Source: Haliotis rufescens
Taxonomy: Eukaryota
Reading direction: 5' to 3'
Assembly (NCBI RefSeq): GCF_023055435.1
Contig: NW_025964361.1
Span: forward strand, 22,568,001-22,632,000
DNA: 64,000 nucleotides
Shown: positions 1-11,934 of the stretch, in pieces
Position numbering within the stretch: position 1 is the first letter of the stretch
Layout: every line of letters starts with the position of its first letter
Position numbers and translations under genes: made by a program
Notes under the pieces: model-generated
Database searches by the model: none
Seen by the model: only the letters and a program-made list of their open reading frames with translations
What the model was told of the DNA's origin: nothing

Positions 1-240
1 GTTTCCAAGGTTTATGAAGCTGCAGTGCTGCATCCAAGGTTTATGAAAGCTGTAGTGTTGCATCCAAGGTTTATGAAGCTGTAGTGTTGCATCCAAGGTT
101 TATGAAAGCTGCAGTGTTGCTTCCAAGGTTTATGAAAGCTGCAGTGTTGCTTCCAAGGTGTATGAAAGCTGTAGTACTGCATACTAGTATAATGAAAGAT
201 GTAATGTTGTGGCCTAGATTTATGAAGACTGAAGTACAAC
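1..240. repeat. ~30-bp minisatellite (CCAAGGTTTATGAAAGCTGCAGTGTTGCAT), ~8 copies, degenerating rightwards and truncated by the window edge
   Basis: The tandem units are directly visible; the ORF at 12-242 is just their translation. Confidence 0.9.
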
Positions 241-2049
241 AATAAATTACAGAACCATTACACTAATAGAATGCCCTATAATGAAGTAAGTTAGACAGAT
301 TTAGTTAACAGTGGCAATTGAAGATTTCTTTATATTCATTGAAACAAAGGAGAGGTAACACTCTTCCAAGAGACCGACTGGAATCAGTTGGTGTGAAATG
401 CCCCTTTTGTTAGTCAAGGGAGACAACTCTTATAGCCATGTGGGCTGTACAGTGACAGTTGGACAGGCTAACAACTGTGCACAATACATGTAACAGATTC
501 ACCAGAGGTACTGGATGGACTGAGGATGTTATTAAACACTGTGCTATTTGTGAGATATGTTACTCTACAGAAGAAAAAATATTAGTGTCAGGTGATTTTG
601 TCTATTTTTGTGTGAAAGAAGTCATGCTGGCTGATTTTCTGTTTGTATTCAAAATGTGTTTTGGATTTTTTCAACTGTTTTGTTGATTTGTGCATCAAAG
701 TGCTAGGCCAGTTGTGATACTTTTTGTGGAGTTTAGCTTTTCCGTTTCCAATGTAGTGTTTCATGCATTGTCCTTGATGTCACCCGTGGTTGACCTTGAC
801 ATTATCAATGTGAGCTTGTGTCTTTAGCCCTGTCTGTCCACCATCTGCCAGCACTGACTTTAACATTTGTTCTCCCCAAACCACTGAGCATGTCAATATC
901 GTATTTACACATGTGGAACATGAAAATTTCAGTAGCAGTCATGACAGGTCATAATTATTACAGAAGTATCTGTGACAATTGGAAACACTCTTTGAAAGTT
1001 TCCTTTCTTTAATATCCAACCAACAGAGCCATAGTTTTCAGTTTTTCAGAAATATTGTTTATTGCATTTGAAAATATTGCAAAATGGACTTTAGAGCATT
1101 GTCATTCAAGTGTTGAAGTACTCAATGAAGGTGAGATTCTGTACCTTGGGTACGCTGGTTTTGTTAGCTATTTTTGAAAAAAATAAATTCTTTGTGAGGA
1201 AAAAATATACTGTGACTTCCAAGAATTGTATGAATGTTGCTTTGATGAAGACAAAGATGGAGGAAGTGTAATGGCATTTCCTTTTGCTGAAGTTGACAGG
1301 GAACAAGTATATTAAAACCACATTACTTTTCTCCAATGAACTTATTCTGTATCTACCAAAGAACTTGATCATGTCATTGTCACCGATGTATTTTATCAGT
1401 ATTGTTTCATGTGTAGATTTAATGGAGTCACATGATAATCCCAGCTCATGACTTGGATGAAACGGAACCAATGTTTGAGGACTAGGCTTGACAGAAATAC
1501 ATGGTTATTTCATTGAAGGAATGTGCATTCACCAGTTGACTTTTTCACCCAGCTAGGACTGTATGTAAACTTTGCCTCAAAGTGTTTTGAAAAGATCAAA
1601 GCATTGCCTTCTGTTTTCTGCTTCTGTGTGCTGCTCATGTTGACAGTGCAATGCCAATGAACAGAAGATGGGTAAAGTATTTCTGTGTCACTATTGTTTG
1701 ACAAAGTAAAAATACAAGATTTATGATTGTTAAATTTGTGAATAAAGAAAATTACTGATAATGTCATTTTTGTGTATTTATTAGAAAACTGCCCTCTTCA
1801 GAAATGTGTACAAACGTGAGTGAATGTTCTCAACCCTGCAGCAATATCCCAGCATCTAGAAATAAATCGTGTGTGTGCCAGACAAACCACTGGTTGATAT
1901 TATATGCAACGTATCGTGCCATTGAGGCAAAAGTATACAGTCCCACCAAATCAAGGTGCTTCTTATCCCAAATATACATATAGGCTGAGGGGGACTCATT
2001 CTAACGTGGCCCCAGGGAGTTTGTTTGTACATGAAGTTAACAGTATTCT

Positions 2050-2270
2050 TGGTTGGTTGGTTTCTTATTTCATGCAGCACTCCGCAATTTTGCAGCTATA
2101 TGACGTCAGTCTGTAAATAATTGACCATGGTATACAATGACATGCATGAACCCAGTCAGGGAGCCTGTTCACCCGATCAGGATCATGTTAGCCGCCTCTA
2201 ACAACAAGCAAAGTCACCTCTTACAGCAAACATGGAGTGCTGAAGACCTCATCCTGGGTCTTCATGGGTC
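2050..2270 (-). mobile_element. SINE family B copy (Meta-domain-like), degenerate
   Basis: Reverse complement matches the family-B body seen at 43960-44202. Confidence 0.6.
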
Positions 2271-2980
2271 GTATTCTTGGTTGTCATAAGACATGACTAG
2301 TAGTGTGCATTGGTTGTTCTGGGGCCTGGGAAACTAATAATAATAATATTAATGCATATTCATATTGTTCTTCATCCATGCCATAAGACCCTGATACAAA
2401 TATATATCAAATACAGCCCATGCAAGTCTATAATGTTTGGCAAGTCTAGATCACTGCAGTATCAGGAAGAGAGTCACTGGGCTCCTTTTTATTATATTTT
2501 TATTAAGATAACTGAACAACTGTTTTTTTATGTAGGATATGTTCATTTCAGAGACTAGATGTTAGTCTAGGTCCTGATGCTACCCAGTTATGACCCCTAT
2601 CAGGGCTTCAATCAACAATTTCCATTGGGAGTATACAACTCAATGCCTGTTAGGCACCAGAAGGTTTGCATCCAGATGGCCATCTCATCCTCCCAGGGGG
2701 TGAACAGGCACATTTCAAACAGAGCCACTTGCCCAGGCAACACACTCCGCCTATAAGCTTCTCCCTCACCAGCATTTTCTAACTTAACCACATGATCCTC
2801 AATGGTTGGCCCTTAAAAAGGTAGTGGGAACTTATTCTGACTAACTGATTCTGGAATCAAATGAAGGGAGATGCAACTTGTGAATATTTTACAGCTGACA
2901 CTACACGTAGACTTGATATAAACAGAGTGTGTTCCTAAACCACCACTACATTTCATTACATTGATAAAGATTAACAACTC

Positions 2981-3220
2981 TGAAGACCCATGTTGAGTAT
3001 TGGTCTTCAGCAACCCATGCATGGCGTTAAAGCTATGCTTGTCGTAAGAGGTGACTAACGTGATCGGGTGGTCAGACTTGGTTGATGCATGTCATCGATC
3101 CCGATTGCGTGGATCATGATATCGATCACTGGATTGTCTTGTCCAGACTTGATTATTTACAGACTGCTGTCATATAGCTGGAATATTGCTGAGTGCGTTG
3201 TTAAACAACAAACAAACAAG
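2981..3220 (+). mobile_element. SINE family B (Meta-domain-like core GCTTGTCGTAAGAGGCGACTAA; 3' tail ATAGCTGGAATATTGCTGAGTGCG..TTAAAC(AAAC)n)
   Basis: Near-identical copies at 43960-44202, 46572-46833(-), 51940-52191, 59183-59348 and 62209-62472(-). The Meta-domain assignment is from memory and was not searched. Confidence 0.75.
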
Positions 3221-3239
3221 CAGCCAGAAACATACTGCA

Positions 3240-3300
3240 TTTCTCTGACCAGGATGAAGTCAAGATTGTGTCCTGAACTGTGTGTTTGGTCAAGTCGGAC
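3240..3300 (-). pseudogene. Possible LINE apurinic-endonuclease fragment
   Basis: The minus strand reads ...QTHSSGHNLDFILVRE, resembling the PTH..G..LDL motif of CR1/L2 APE domains. The match is very short. Confidence 0.3.
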
Positions 3301-3394
3301 AGCAGTAGGTCACGGATTGGTGATCTCTGATGCAGCAGTTCTTGTTCTTCTCACCTTTCTGCACTTGGATATGTTCCCATTCGTAATTATTTGG

Positions 3395-3672
3395 ACCGCC
3401 CCCATGGTCTAGTAGTAGAGGGTCTGCCGGAGAGTGGAAGGTCGGGGGTCCGATCCGGGCGCGTCATACCAAAAGAAATAAAAGATGGTACTTGTTACCC
3501 TTCCTGGCGTCCGACATTAAGGGGGCTTAAACAAGGACTGGTCGGCTCAGAGTAGCATACTGTGTCTGAGTGGGGTATTCATCTTAAACTGCGACTTGAT
3601 ATCTCAGTTAGCTAGCAGCATAAAATTGGCACACACACACGCACACGCACACACACACACACGTCGCTATAT
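3395..3672 (+). mobile_element. tRNA-derived V-SINE-like element (family C)
   Basis: tRNA-like head (TGGTCTAGTAG...GGTCCGATCC) followed by GTCATACCAAA..AAAGATGGTACTTGTT..CCTGGCG..CATTAAGGG, which resembles the V-domain, then a (CA)n tract. Other copies at 30995-31265, 45670-45812(-), 50135-50481(-) and 57690-58002(-). Confidence 0.7.
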
Positions 3673-5029
3673 ACTCGTAACTCCTGGTAAGAATACGTCC
3701 ACAGCAAGTCATGATGGTCGTAAGAGGCGACCAAATAGATCGGTGCCAGGTTGATAAGTGACATGGTACCCTGATTTCGTGGATCGATGCTCATGATATT
3801 GATCACTGGATTATCTTGTCCAGACTTGATTTTTTACAGACCGCCATCATATTGCAGCGTTACATGTCTCGTCCATTCTGAACAAACACAATCTGGTAAG
3901 ATGTAATCTCATGTTACAACTACAAAAGCTGCAAGCCTCTATCGTCTTGCTAAATAAAGTGTAAGTGTTCATTTACTAAATAAACATATCTCAATTTAAG
4001 AACATCACGCCACTGTATCGTTGAACTGAACACAAGATGTTTGTGGTTAGACATTGCCTGCACACACCGAGGAAATGCTCCCCATCCATCGAGTTTATCC
4101 CAAGATGATAGGAACACCCAAGTGACCCATTGCCATTATCATCATGGCTATGATATTCAAGCACTGACATGGATCAGATCTTAAATACAATAGTCCACAT
4201 GAACGTACACAGCCATTGATCCATTACGGCTGTATTCAGCTGCTACAGGTGTCTCAACATTATGCAGTGTAATGTATTGCGTCCTGAACGTTTCACACAA
4301 AGCAGACAGCAGGATTGCATCGACGAACAGACCAGTAATTTGTCCAGGAAGGGCGTGAGGGAGTCTCAGGATGCAGTTAGGCATTCAAGTGGTTTCAGTA
4401 ATGACGTGAATGACACTTAAATTAAGCATTTTATCTACCACCTGCAGTTATGGGTCGTTCGCACAGTATTAGAGACCATGGCCCCCACAGGTGGTGTTGT
4501 ACAAGGGTATCAAGCTGGCACCCTGTCGTATAACTGAAACACTGTTCACAGCGTCGTTAAGCCAAACTCACACCCGCCCGCACACATCTTTGTAACGTAT
4601 ATTTTATTACATATGAACCATTCGGCATGAAAGGTGTAATTTGTGAAACTTGAGTGAGCGGTTAACCGTGATCACTACAGAGAGTTGAGTGAGTGAGTGA
4701 ATGTTGTTTTAAAGGCGAACAATAAATAATGGGCCAGGCAAACCAGTGATAGATATCAGAGAGCTGCGACCTAGGCTGTCTGGCTTGGGAAACACGATGT
4801 CACACTGTTAAGAAGCATGAGCGGTAACAATCGTGTACGAGTTACACCCATATGTATGCCATTGTAAAAGGCGGGCGTTTAAATTCCTATTTAAAGTGCG
4901 TGAATACTAACCCATTTAAGAAAAGAAAAAAACTGTTCTAAAATCGGACGGTGTTGTATAGTTTTGAATAAAAGCGGACAAGACTGGGAGTTAAATGCAA
5001 CTGTGTCCACATTAGTATGCGCATAAACC

Positions 5030-5190
5030 CTCTACCGACGTCACCTGACCTTCACAGTGACCTTGTGAACAGTACCGTTGTAAAGCAATATCAATAGCAT
5101 GACGTCACACAAGAACGCGACGTAGTTCAGGTCATAGCGGCTCAAACTACCTACTGTGTTCGATATAAACATTCAAAATTGTGTTCAGAA
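5030..5190 (+). promoter_or_regulatory. Putative promoter of the PA-domain gene
   Basis: CRE palindrome TGACGTCA at 5100-5107, a CRE variant at 5036-5043, TGACCT half-sites at 5046 and 5058, and a TATA-like GATATAAA at 5162-5169. The region is CpG-rich. Confidence 0.4.
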
Positions 5191-5496
5191 GATTGGATAT
5201 GTTTGATTTCAAGACACAACGCCAGGTGTCGGTGTTTTGTTGCAGATGGAAGGGAGCGTTTATATTCTGAAACGTTCATATGTCGAAATGTTATGAATGA
5301 CGATGACCAATGTTGTTGAACATAGATCATACATATACGTGGCACGATAGAGGCGCAGCGTTCATTGTGCACCAACATGGTGCAAGAAAGTCCCGCCATG
5401 GTGAGATATTGTAACAGAACGGAACCTGTTTTTAAGTTGGTTCCAGAAACAATCAAAAATCAAATATGGCCACCAAATACACGTCTCTTCTCCAAG

Positions 5497-5896
5497 ATGA
5501 CAATGGTGATGCTGTTACTGTCACCGTTACTTGCGATGCCGACGGTGGCGGAGACGCAGTACAAGGTATATTTCAACATATCCTACAGACGGGAGACAAC
5601 GAATGACACTCTGTCGTATGAAAGCAGCAAGGGAAGATTTGCAGCCGGAGTCAAGTTGACCAGGTTGGAACCTGTGATAGGTAGAGTCGTCCACGTTAAA
5701 ACTGTTACAGGCAAAACACATGGCTGTGACGATTATAGTATGACAGTTCCTCCGGTTAGTTGGATAGCTTTGATTACCCATGGGGAGTGCCCCATGTTAG
5801 AGAAGATGGCCAAAGCTGTGAAATATAATGCCTCCGCTGTCGTTGTCTATGGCAATGGATCTACGGGGAAGGTGACGTATGCTGTGAAACATGACG
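5497..5896 (+). CDS. PA-domain protein exon 1 (signal peptide and most of the PA domain)
   Basis: Within ORF 5365-5904; donor GAC G|GTTGGT. Confidence 0.8.
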
Positions 5897-7364
5897 GTTG
5901 GTAATTTTGTTCGTCTGGTTTGTATACCGTAACACTTTGGACTCCTAGTGTATAAACATATCATTTTGCAAGCACCAACATTCAGCTTCTAAATAACAAA
6001 TGACTAATTTTATTATCAATAGCATCAATTATTCCATTATGCGACTAGTTAAATATAAAAAATAATGTGTTTCCGAAAATGCTGGAAATCATGTTTCTCA
6101 TTATGGTTTACCAAAGTATAAATCCTTTAATAAATTTGTTGGATGTACTGAAAAATACCACCCCACCCCCCTAACGAAAAGTAAAAGGTTGGTGTCTAAA
6201 TAGTATACGCTGTGTGGAGTTTTCGGGTGAGATTAAGTCTTCAGGACCTCGTTTTGATTCGTCGTGAGAGTGGGCTAGAATGAGGATCAGATGGTAATGT
6301 GTGTCACCGTGGCACATTGCTCGTATCAATGCTCATGCTTTCAGTCACTGGGTTGTTTGGTTCAGACTTGTGTTACACACACAGCTACAATAGTGCTAAC
6401 TACAGCGTTAAGGACTTGCTGTAAGTAGTACAGGCGTGTATTAGAAGCATAATAGGTTCATGATATCCTTATGTTTACGAATCTCATCCCGTGAGGATTT
6501 CTCGTGGATCCATGTCTGTCGTAAAGCCGAGCAAAATGATGATCGGGTGGTGACAATGTGTGACCTGGCGATTCTGTGTCACTGTGACCCGGCGGCATCA
6601 TGCGTTGTTCGTGCTTTCAACCAAGGGTTTGCCTAACTTCCTAATGTTAATGCCGCTGGAATATTGCTGACTTGCGCAAACGATATTCATTTATTAGTTT
6701 AAACAATTAGTACTGAAGTGAGTTACTTTGGTTAAACGCCGGATTGAACATTATTCCAGTTATATGACGGCGTGTCAGCTTTATATGGCAGTAAATGACG
6801 AGGCGATGCAGATCTTAAAAGTTTTGTTCAGTTGGGTCAAACCCATGAGCACGGGTAGGGTGCTGACAAACCGAGAAAACAATTTTTGGATTCGATCACA
6901 GATTATAAGTTTCTGACACGCCTAAGGGACGCAACTCTCGAAAGCGAATTGCGGCATCTTAGACGTCTGCCCCAGATAAAACAATTAACGAAAAAATATC
7001 CCGGAGAAACTGATGTATGATAATTGGTGTTACAGCTGAAGGGGTGGCAGCTATATCTGTTCCTGACAGCGACGGTGCTTACATCGCGGACCTGGTGGAC
7101 AGGGGGATCACCGTCATGATGTACATCGCTGTGAACCAAACACAAACAAACGATGACTCCAACCATTATACTGTCAGTTATAACAATTATCACATCAACA
7201 AGACACACGTGTCCATTTCCTTCGCTGTGATCATCGTCCTGGCTATTATAGGTGCCGTGTGTGTGTTCAAGAAGAAGGTTCACCATCCACCACAAGTATA
7301 CTTTGAGAGGACTGCCGATTGGGAGGCGATACCTCAGCGAGAACGCCAGCGAATTATGAATTAG
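5497..7364 (+). CDS. PA-domain type-I membrane protein, Goliath/RNF130/RNF150-like, lacking the RING domain (2 exons, ~242 aa)
   Basis: Exon 1 is 5497-5896 (in-frame upstream ATGs at 5377 and 5398); exon 2 is 7036-7364; the G|GT and AG|CT junction is phase 1. It has a signal peptide (MTMVMLLLSPLLAMPTVA), PA motifs (GRVVHV..HGC, WIALITHGEC..EKM..A.KYNASAVVVY) and the Goliath-type TM entry INKTHVSISFAVIIVLAIIGAVCVF. ATTAAA at 7449-7454. Confidence 0.8.
7036..7364 (+). CDS. PA-domain protein exon 2 (end of PA, TM helix, short cytoplasmic tail, stop)
   Basis: Acceptor TTACAG|CT, in frame with ORF 7017-7364. Confidence 0.8.
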
Positions 7365-7474
7365 AAGTACAAAATGTGCATCTTTATCAGTGACCTCTAT
7401 GTTTTTTTCTTATCAGAAATGTATTTAATATGGTTTGTTTGATGTTACATTAAACACTACTCCATTGATTTGAG

Positions 7475-7739
7475 TGTGAGTGAGTGAGTGAGTTGGGTTT
7501 AACGCCGCTTTTAACAGGTATTCCAGTCATATCGCGGCGTGTCAGCAGTGATGCAGGTTTCAGACGTTTACCACTTCGGTGAAACCCACGAGCACGGGCA
7601 TGGTGCTGACAAACCTAGAAACATAATCGGGGCGAACCGGGATTCGAACCCACAATCATAGGTTTCTGGCGTGCCCAAGGGACGCAACTCTGCACAGCGA
7701 ATCGCGGCGCCTTAGATGACTGGGCCACCCATGACCCCT
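7475..7739 (-). mobile_element. tRNA-derived SINE family A with 12-bp TSD
   Basis: TSD CATTGATTTGAG at 7463-7474 and 7740-7751. A-box TGGCCCAG and B-box GGTTCGAATCC on the minus strand; (ACTC)n tail. Confidence 0.9.
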
Positions 7740-8514
7740 CATTGATTTGAGGGTGCCACCAGTCGTGACGTTATGCTTTGTATAAAATGTCCGAACAGCG
7801 ACATGTTTCGCCTTACCTAGAGTCTTACGAATGTGTTACGAGCTGCAATGAAGCTTTGTACAGACTGATTGCAATTTTAAGTTGGTTGTCATGTTCATAA
7901 CCTTTTTTTAACCGGGTTGTTGGAATAAAAAGCCTTTATATTTATGAACTGACCTTTAAATTAGTTCGACATTTTACCATGGCGCTCCAGACTTATTTAT
8001 ATGGTGATCAGTAACCCTGTCATCAGGCGTCAAGTCTACTTGACACAGATAAGGGGATTAGTTGGTCACAATGGTCACCAGGCGTGGGTAGTTCTTTGAT
8101 GGATGACATATAGTAGGTCAATTCTTACTTGTGACTGATATTATGATATAAACCTTTTGTCTGACTATGATAATCTGGTCTCTGGAATAAATATAAGAGC
8201 ACAACAGTCCGTACTGACTTGGAACTTTGTTGCTATGGTTCAAATACTGAACAAATTTAATCTCTCGTGCACAGACCCCGCGGGTGTCTCAGCCTGATTG
8301 CTTCAAGCCTTCGTATAATCTCTGCTACGTTTCTTCTTCTGAGATTTGAGCCTTGAGATTTGATTTTGCCTCAATTCACTTTGGGCAACATTGTGGCAAA
8401 ATCAGGATGGCACGAACATCGTCACTGTAGGATTTACTTTCACACGGCGTGAAATAAATGAAATAATGTTCAAAGCGGCGTGACACTGATCTCACTCTCA
8501 CGTTATAATAACAG

Positions 8515-8786
8515 CGAGTGAGTTAGTGAGTGAGTTTGGTTTAACGCCGCTTTTAACAGTATTCCAGTTATATCACGGCGTGTCAGCTAAATGTGGGAAG
8601 AAATCCCGAAGTGATGCAAGTCTCAGACGTTTACTATTCGGTGAAACCCACGAGCACGGGTATGGTGCTGACAAACCTAGAAACATAATCGGGGCGAACC
8701 GGGATTCGAACCCACAATCATAGGTTTCTGGCGTGCCCAAGGGACGCAACTCTGCACAGCGAATCGCGGTGCCTTAGATGACTGGG
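8515..8786 (-). mobile_element. SINE family A copy
   Basis: High identity to 25161-25448; flanked by CGTTATAAT direct repeats at 8501 and 8787. Confidence 0.85.
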
Positions 8787-10109
8787 CGTTATAATTAGAG
8801 AAAAAGCTACTCGCGACTCGGAATTCCGCCAGGGCTCAACATCACTTCACGCGGGACAGTTGATCCACAATTCCAAGTTTCGAGAAGGTTATGCTTTATA
8901 ATTTTTACATTGCCCATGGTCTTTTTTTGAGAAAATGTTGAAAAATGTTAAATTCCTGCTCTCAAGTTGAGACTTGGAATGAAGTCACATAAATCGTTTG
9001 AGGCGTTCCAGAAAATGGATAGCCCATCTTCAATATTTATGCGTTCAAAAGACCTTACGTTGCTATGGGCATCTACGCTAAGAATAAACTAGCGTATCAG
9101 CATGAAGAACTATAACGCTCGGGGTGAATGACTAAATTCCCTTTACTGGCTATACACATATTACAAATGACTCTGTGGCACTTGATGGGCTAACCAAGCA
9201 ATAATTCTTTCATTTTATGATTCCACAAACTTTATAAAGAATTAGGCTACGCCCACTAACGGAGTTCTGTTTACTGACTGGCTGACAACCACATGAACGG
9301 GGCTTGTGTTACCGTATTCCGCAAAGTTTGTACAACGGTTTTTACGTTACACCTACGACAACGAAAAAAATATTGAAGTCAATTCTTAAATATCGGCGAC
9401 CCTATGTGTAATATAAGGAGTACTGTCAATGACTAAAGTGGTCTTTGTTGAAGAATTCTTATCAGCCCAATGATTTTATGTTCTTATTACCGCCGTAAAC
9501 ACACTTAATCTGTCAACTTGAGCTCCGATATACATGTGATATACATTCCTTCATATGCTTCTAAGATATTCCGTAGTGGATATTAATCAAATGTCTAGTC
9601 GGGGGCTGGTCTGGTAATCCCTGATGTCACACGCCAAGATCTGGTCGTGTCGTATCTTGGCGAGTCACTAATCGCCGATGCAAGCTTCTCGCCGGTACCT
9701 ACCTGTATGTTCACTGTGAGTATTATCAGTAGGTTTGGTTGTGACACGAGTTTAAGGTCAATGAGCGCGTTATGTAGCTCAGTGGTTAAAGTGTTTGCTC
9801 GCGAAACCGTTCTTGGTGTCTCCTGTCGTGAAAGTAGTGCATGGGTGTTGAAAGCTGTCAACCTTTGTTCGATCCATCACTACGGGATAATGGACACAGC
9901 GCTGAATGACTAACGCCATTTCTTCAAGAAATGACTACTTTACCATAATTCAAAGTATGCCGAATTCCATCACTCTTATATTATCAATACATTCAATCAT
10001 AACACGCATCGTGATACATCGTTTCAACCCAAACAAAAAAATAAAATTATTTTTAGCAAATGTGCGCAATATACTTCTCACTTTAAAAGTTGTATGATAG
10101 TTTTCGAAA

Positions 10110-11107
10110 GTGTTGTGTAGTACCGACGCCTGCCTCACATCCCTGCACATCACATCACCCTCCACTGAGTACATACACGTAGGTGGCCAGGAGTTCTGCT
10201 GTGGCGCTGTGTTGTGCAGTACCGACGTCTGCCTCACATCCCTGCACATCACATCACCCTCTACTGAGTACATACATGTAGGTGGCCAAGAGTTCTGCTG
10301 TGGCGCTGTGTTGTGCAGTACCGACGTCTGCCTCACATCCCTGCACATCACATCACCCTCTACTGAGTACATACATGTAGGTGGCCAAGAGTTCTGCTGT
10401 GGCGCTGTGTTGTGCAGTACCGACGTCTGCCTCACATCCCTGCACATCACATCACCCTCTACTGAGTACATACACGTAGGTGGCCAAGAGTTCTGCTGTG
10501 GCGCTGTGTTGTGCAGTACCGACGTCTGCCTCACATCCCTGCACATCACATCACCCTCTACTGAGTACATACATGTAGGTGGCCAAGAGTTCTGCTGTGG
10601 CGCTGTGTTGTGCAGTACCGACGTCTGCCTCACATCCCTGCACATCACATCACCCTCTACTGAGTACATACATGTAGGTGGCCAAGAGTTCTGCTGTGGC
10701 GCTGTGTTGTGCAGTACCGACGTCTGCCTCACATCCCTGCACATCACATCACCCTCTACTGAGTACATACATGTAGGTGGCCAAGAGTTCTGCTGTGGCG
10801 CTGTGTTGTGCAGTACCGACGTCTGCCTCACATCCCTGTACATCACATCACCCTCTACTGGGTACATACATGTAGGTGGCCAAGAGTTCTGCTGTGGCGC
10901 TGTGTTGTGTGGTACCGACGTCTGCCTCACATCCCTGCACATCACATCACCCTCTACTGAGTACATACATGTAGGTGGCCAGGAGTTCTGCTGTGGCGCT
11001 GTGTTGTGTAGTACCGACGCCTGCCTCACATCCCTGCACATCACATCACCCTCTACTGAGTACATACATGTAGGTGGCCAGGAGTTCTGCTGTGGCGCTG
11101 TGTTGTG
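10110..11107. repeat. 99-bp tandem repeat, 10 near-identical copies
   Basis: Unit GTGTTGTGCAGTACCGACGTCTGCCTCACATCCCTGCACATCACATCACCCTCTACTGAGTACATACATGTAGGTGGCCAAGAGTTCTGCTGTGGCGCT. It produces 33-aa periodic ORFs on both strands. Confidence 0.97.
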
Positions 11108-11934
11108 GTACTGGCTCCTACTACCATCTGTTTCAGATGGTCCTCCCCACACAAGTATTATACCCGTATCAAATACACCACTATCGATAAACCGTTTCTG
11201 GTTTGCGTCATCTTTACCCACCATCAAACATGAGTGTAAACTTTCATTTGCCAGACAGATAAGTTAGAAGTTATGATAGTGACATCCAACAAAATTTGAG
11301 TTGAAAATGTTGACAGCATGACCATCCAATGTTGGCGACTTGGCCCGTCCGTCAGACCATAATCTACAGGTATCTCTCTGGTGCATCGGGGACCTGGGGT
11401 TATGTCTCACTACGGGTATTAAGTACAAGGGATTATACCCGTATATATATCAGCATACCCGTTACTAATTCTTTAACAAACATGGCAGATAGATCCGGCT
11501 TTCTACACCAGATGTTGATGTATAATATGTACAATCCGTGCTTTCTCGAATCTTATGCATTTACAAAGTTCAAGCCGATTGTACACTCGAAACTTTAACG
11601 CTCTGACATTATCGATTAAGGATCAATGTCTTTGGATGACAATGACTCTCACTGTAGGATTGTGTACACCACGGAAATAATCTGTTTCACAAACAAGTCT
11701 CCAGGTGAAATCGTGTGTACGTTTTGCTCATTCGTAACAAAAATGTGAATAGGTACTTTCAAAACTGGGCCACTGCGAATTAAAAATGATTGATGGTGGA
11801 GATTTTTGATTGATTGAATGACAATCTCTGCATGACGTTAAATTAACATATATAGATAAATTAGACAAATACCACCTGTTTCAATAAACAGATTATCACC
11901 CGGTCCCTGAGACAGTTTCTACTACTACGCCTTT

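Noticed and set aside
1000-1800. Possible decayed LINE reverse transcriptase on the minus strand (ILIKYIGDNDMI, VNFSKRK)
   Set aside because: The resemblance to RT motifs is too weak to support without a profile search.
9950-11267. 425-aa and 385-aa ORFs with 33-aa Cys/His repeats
   Set aside because: They are translations of a 99-bp (3n) tandem repeat, open on both strands, with no signal peptide or recognisable domain. Not called as CDS.
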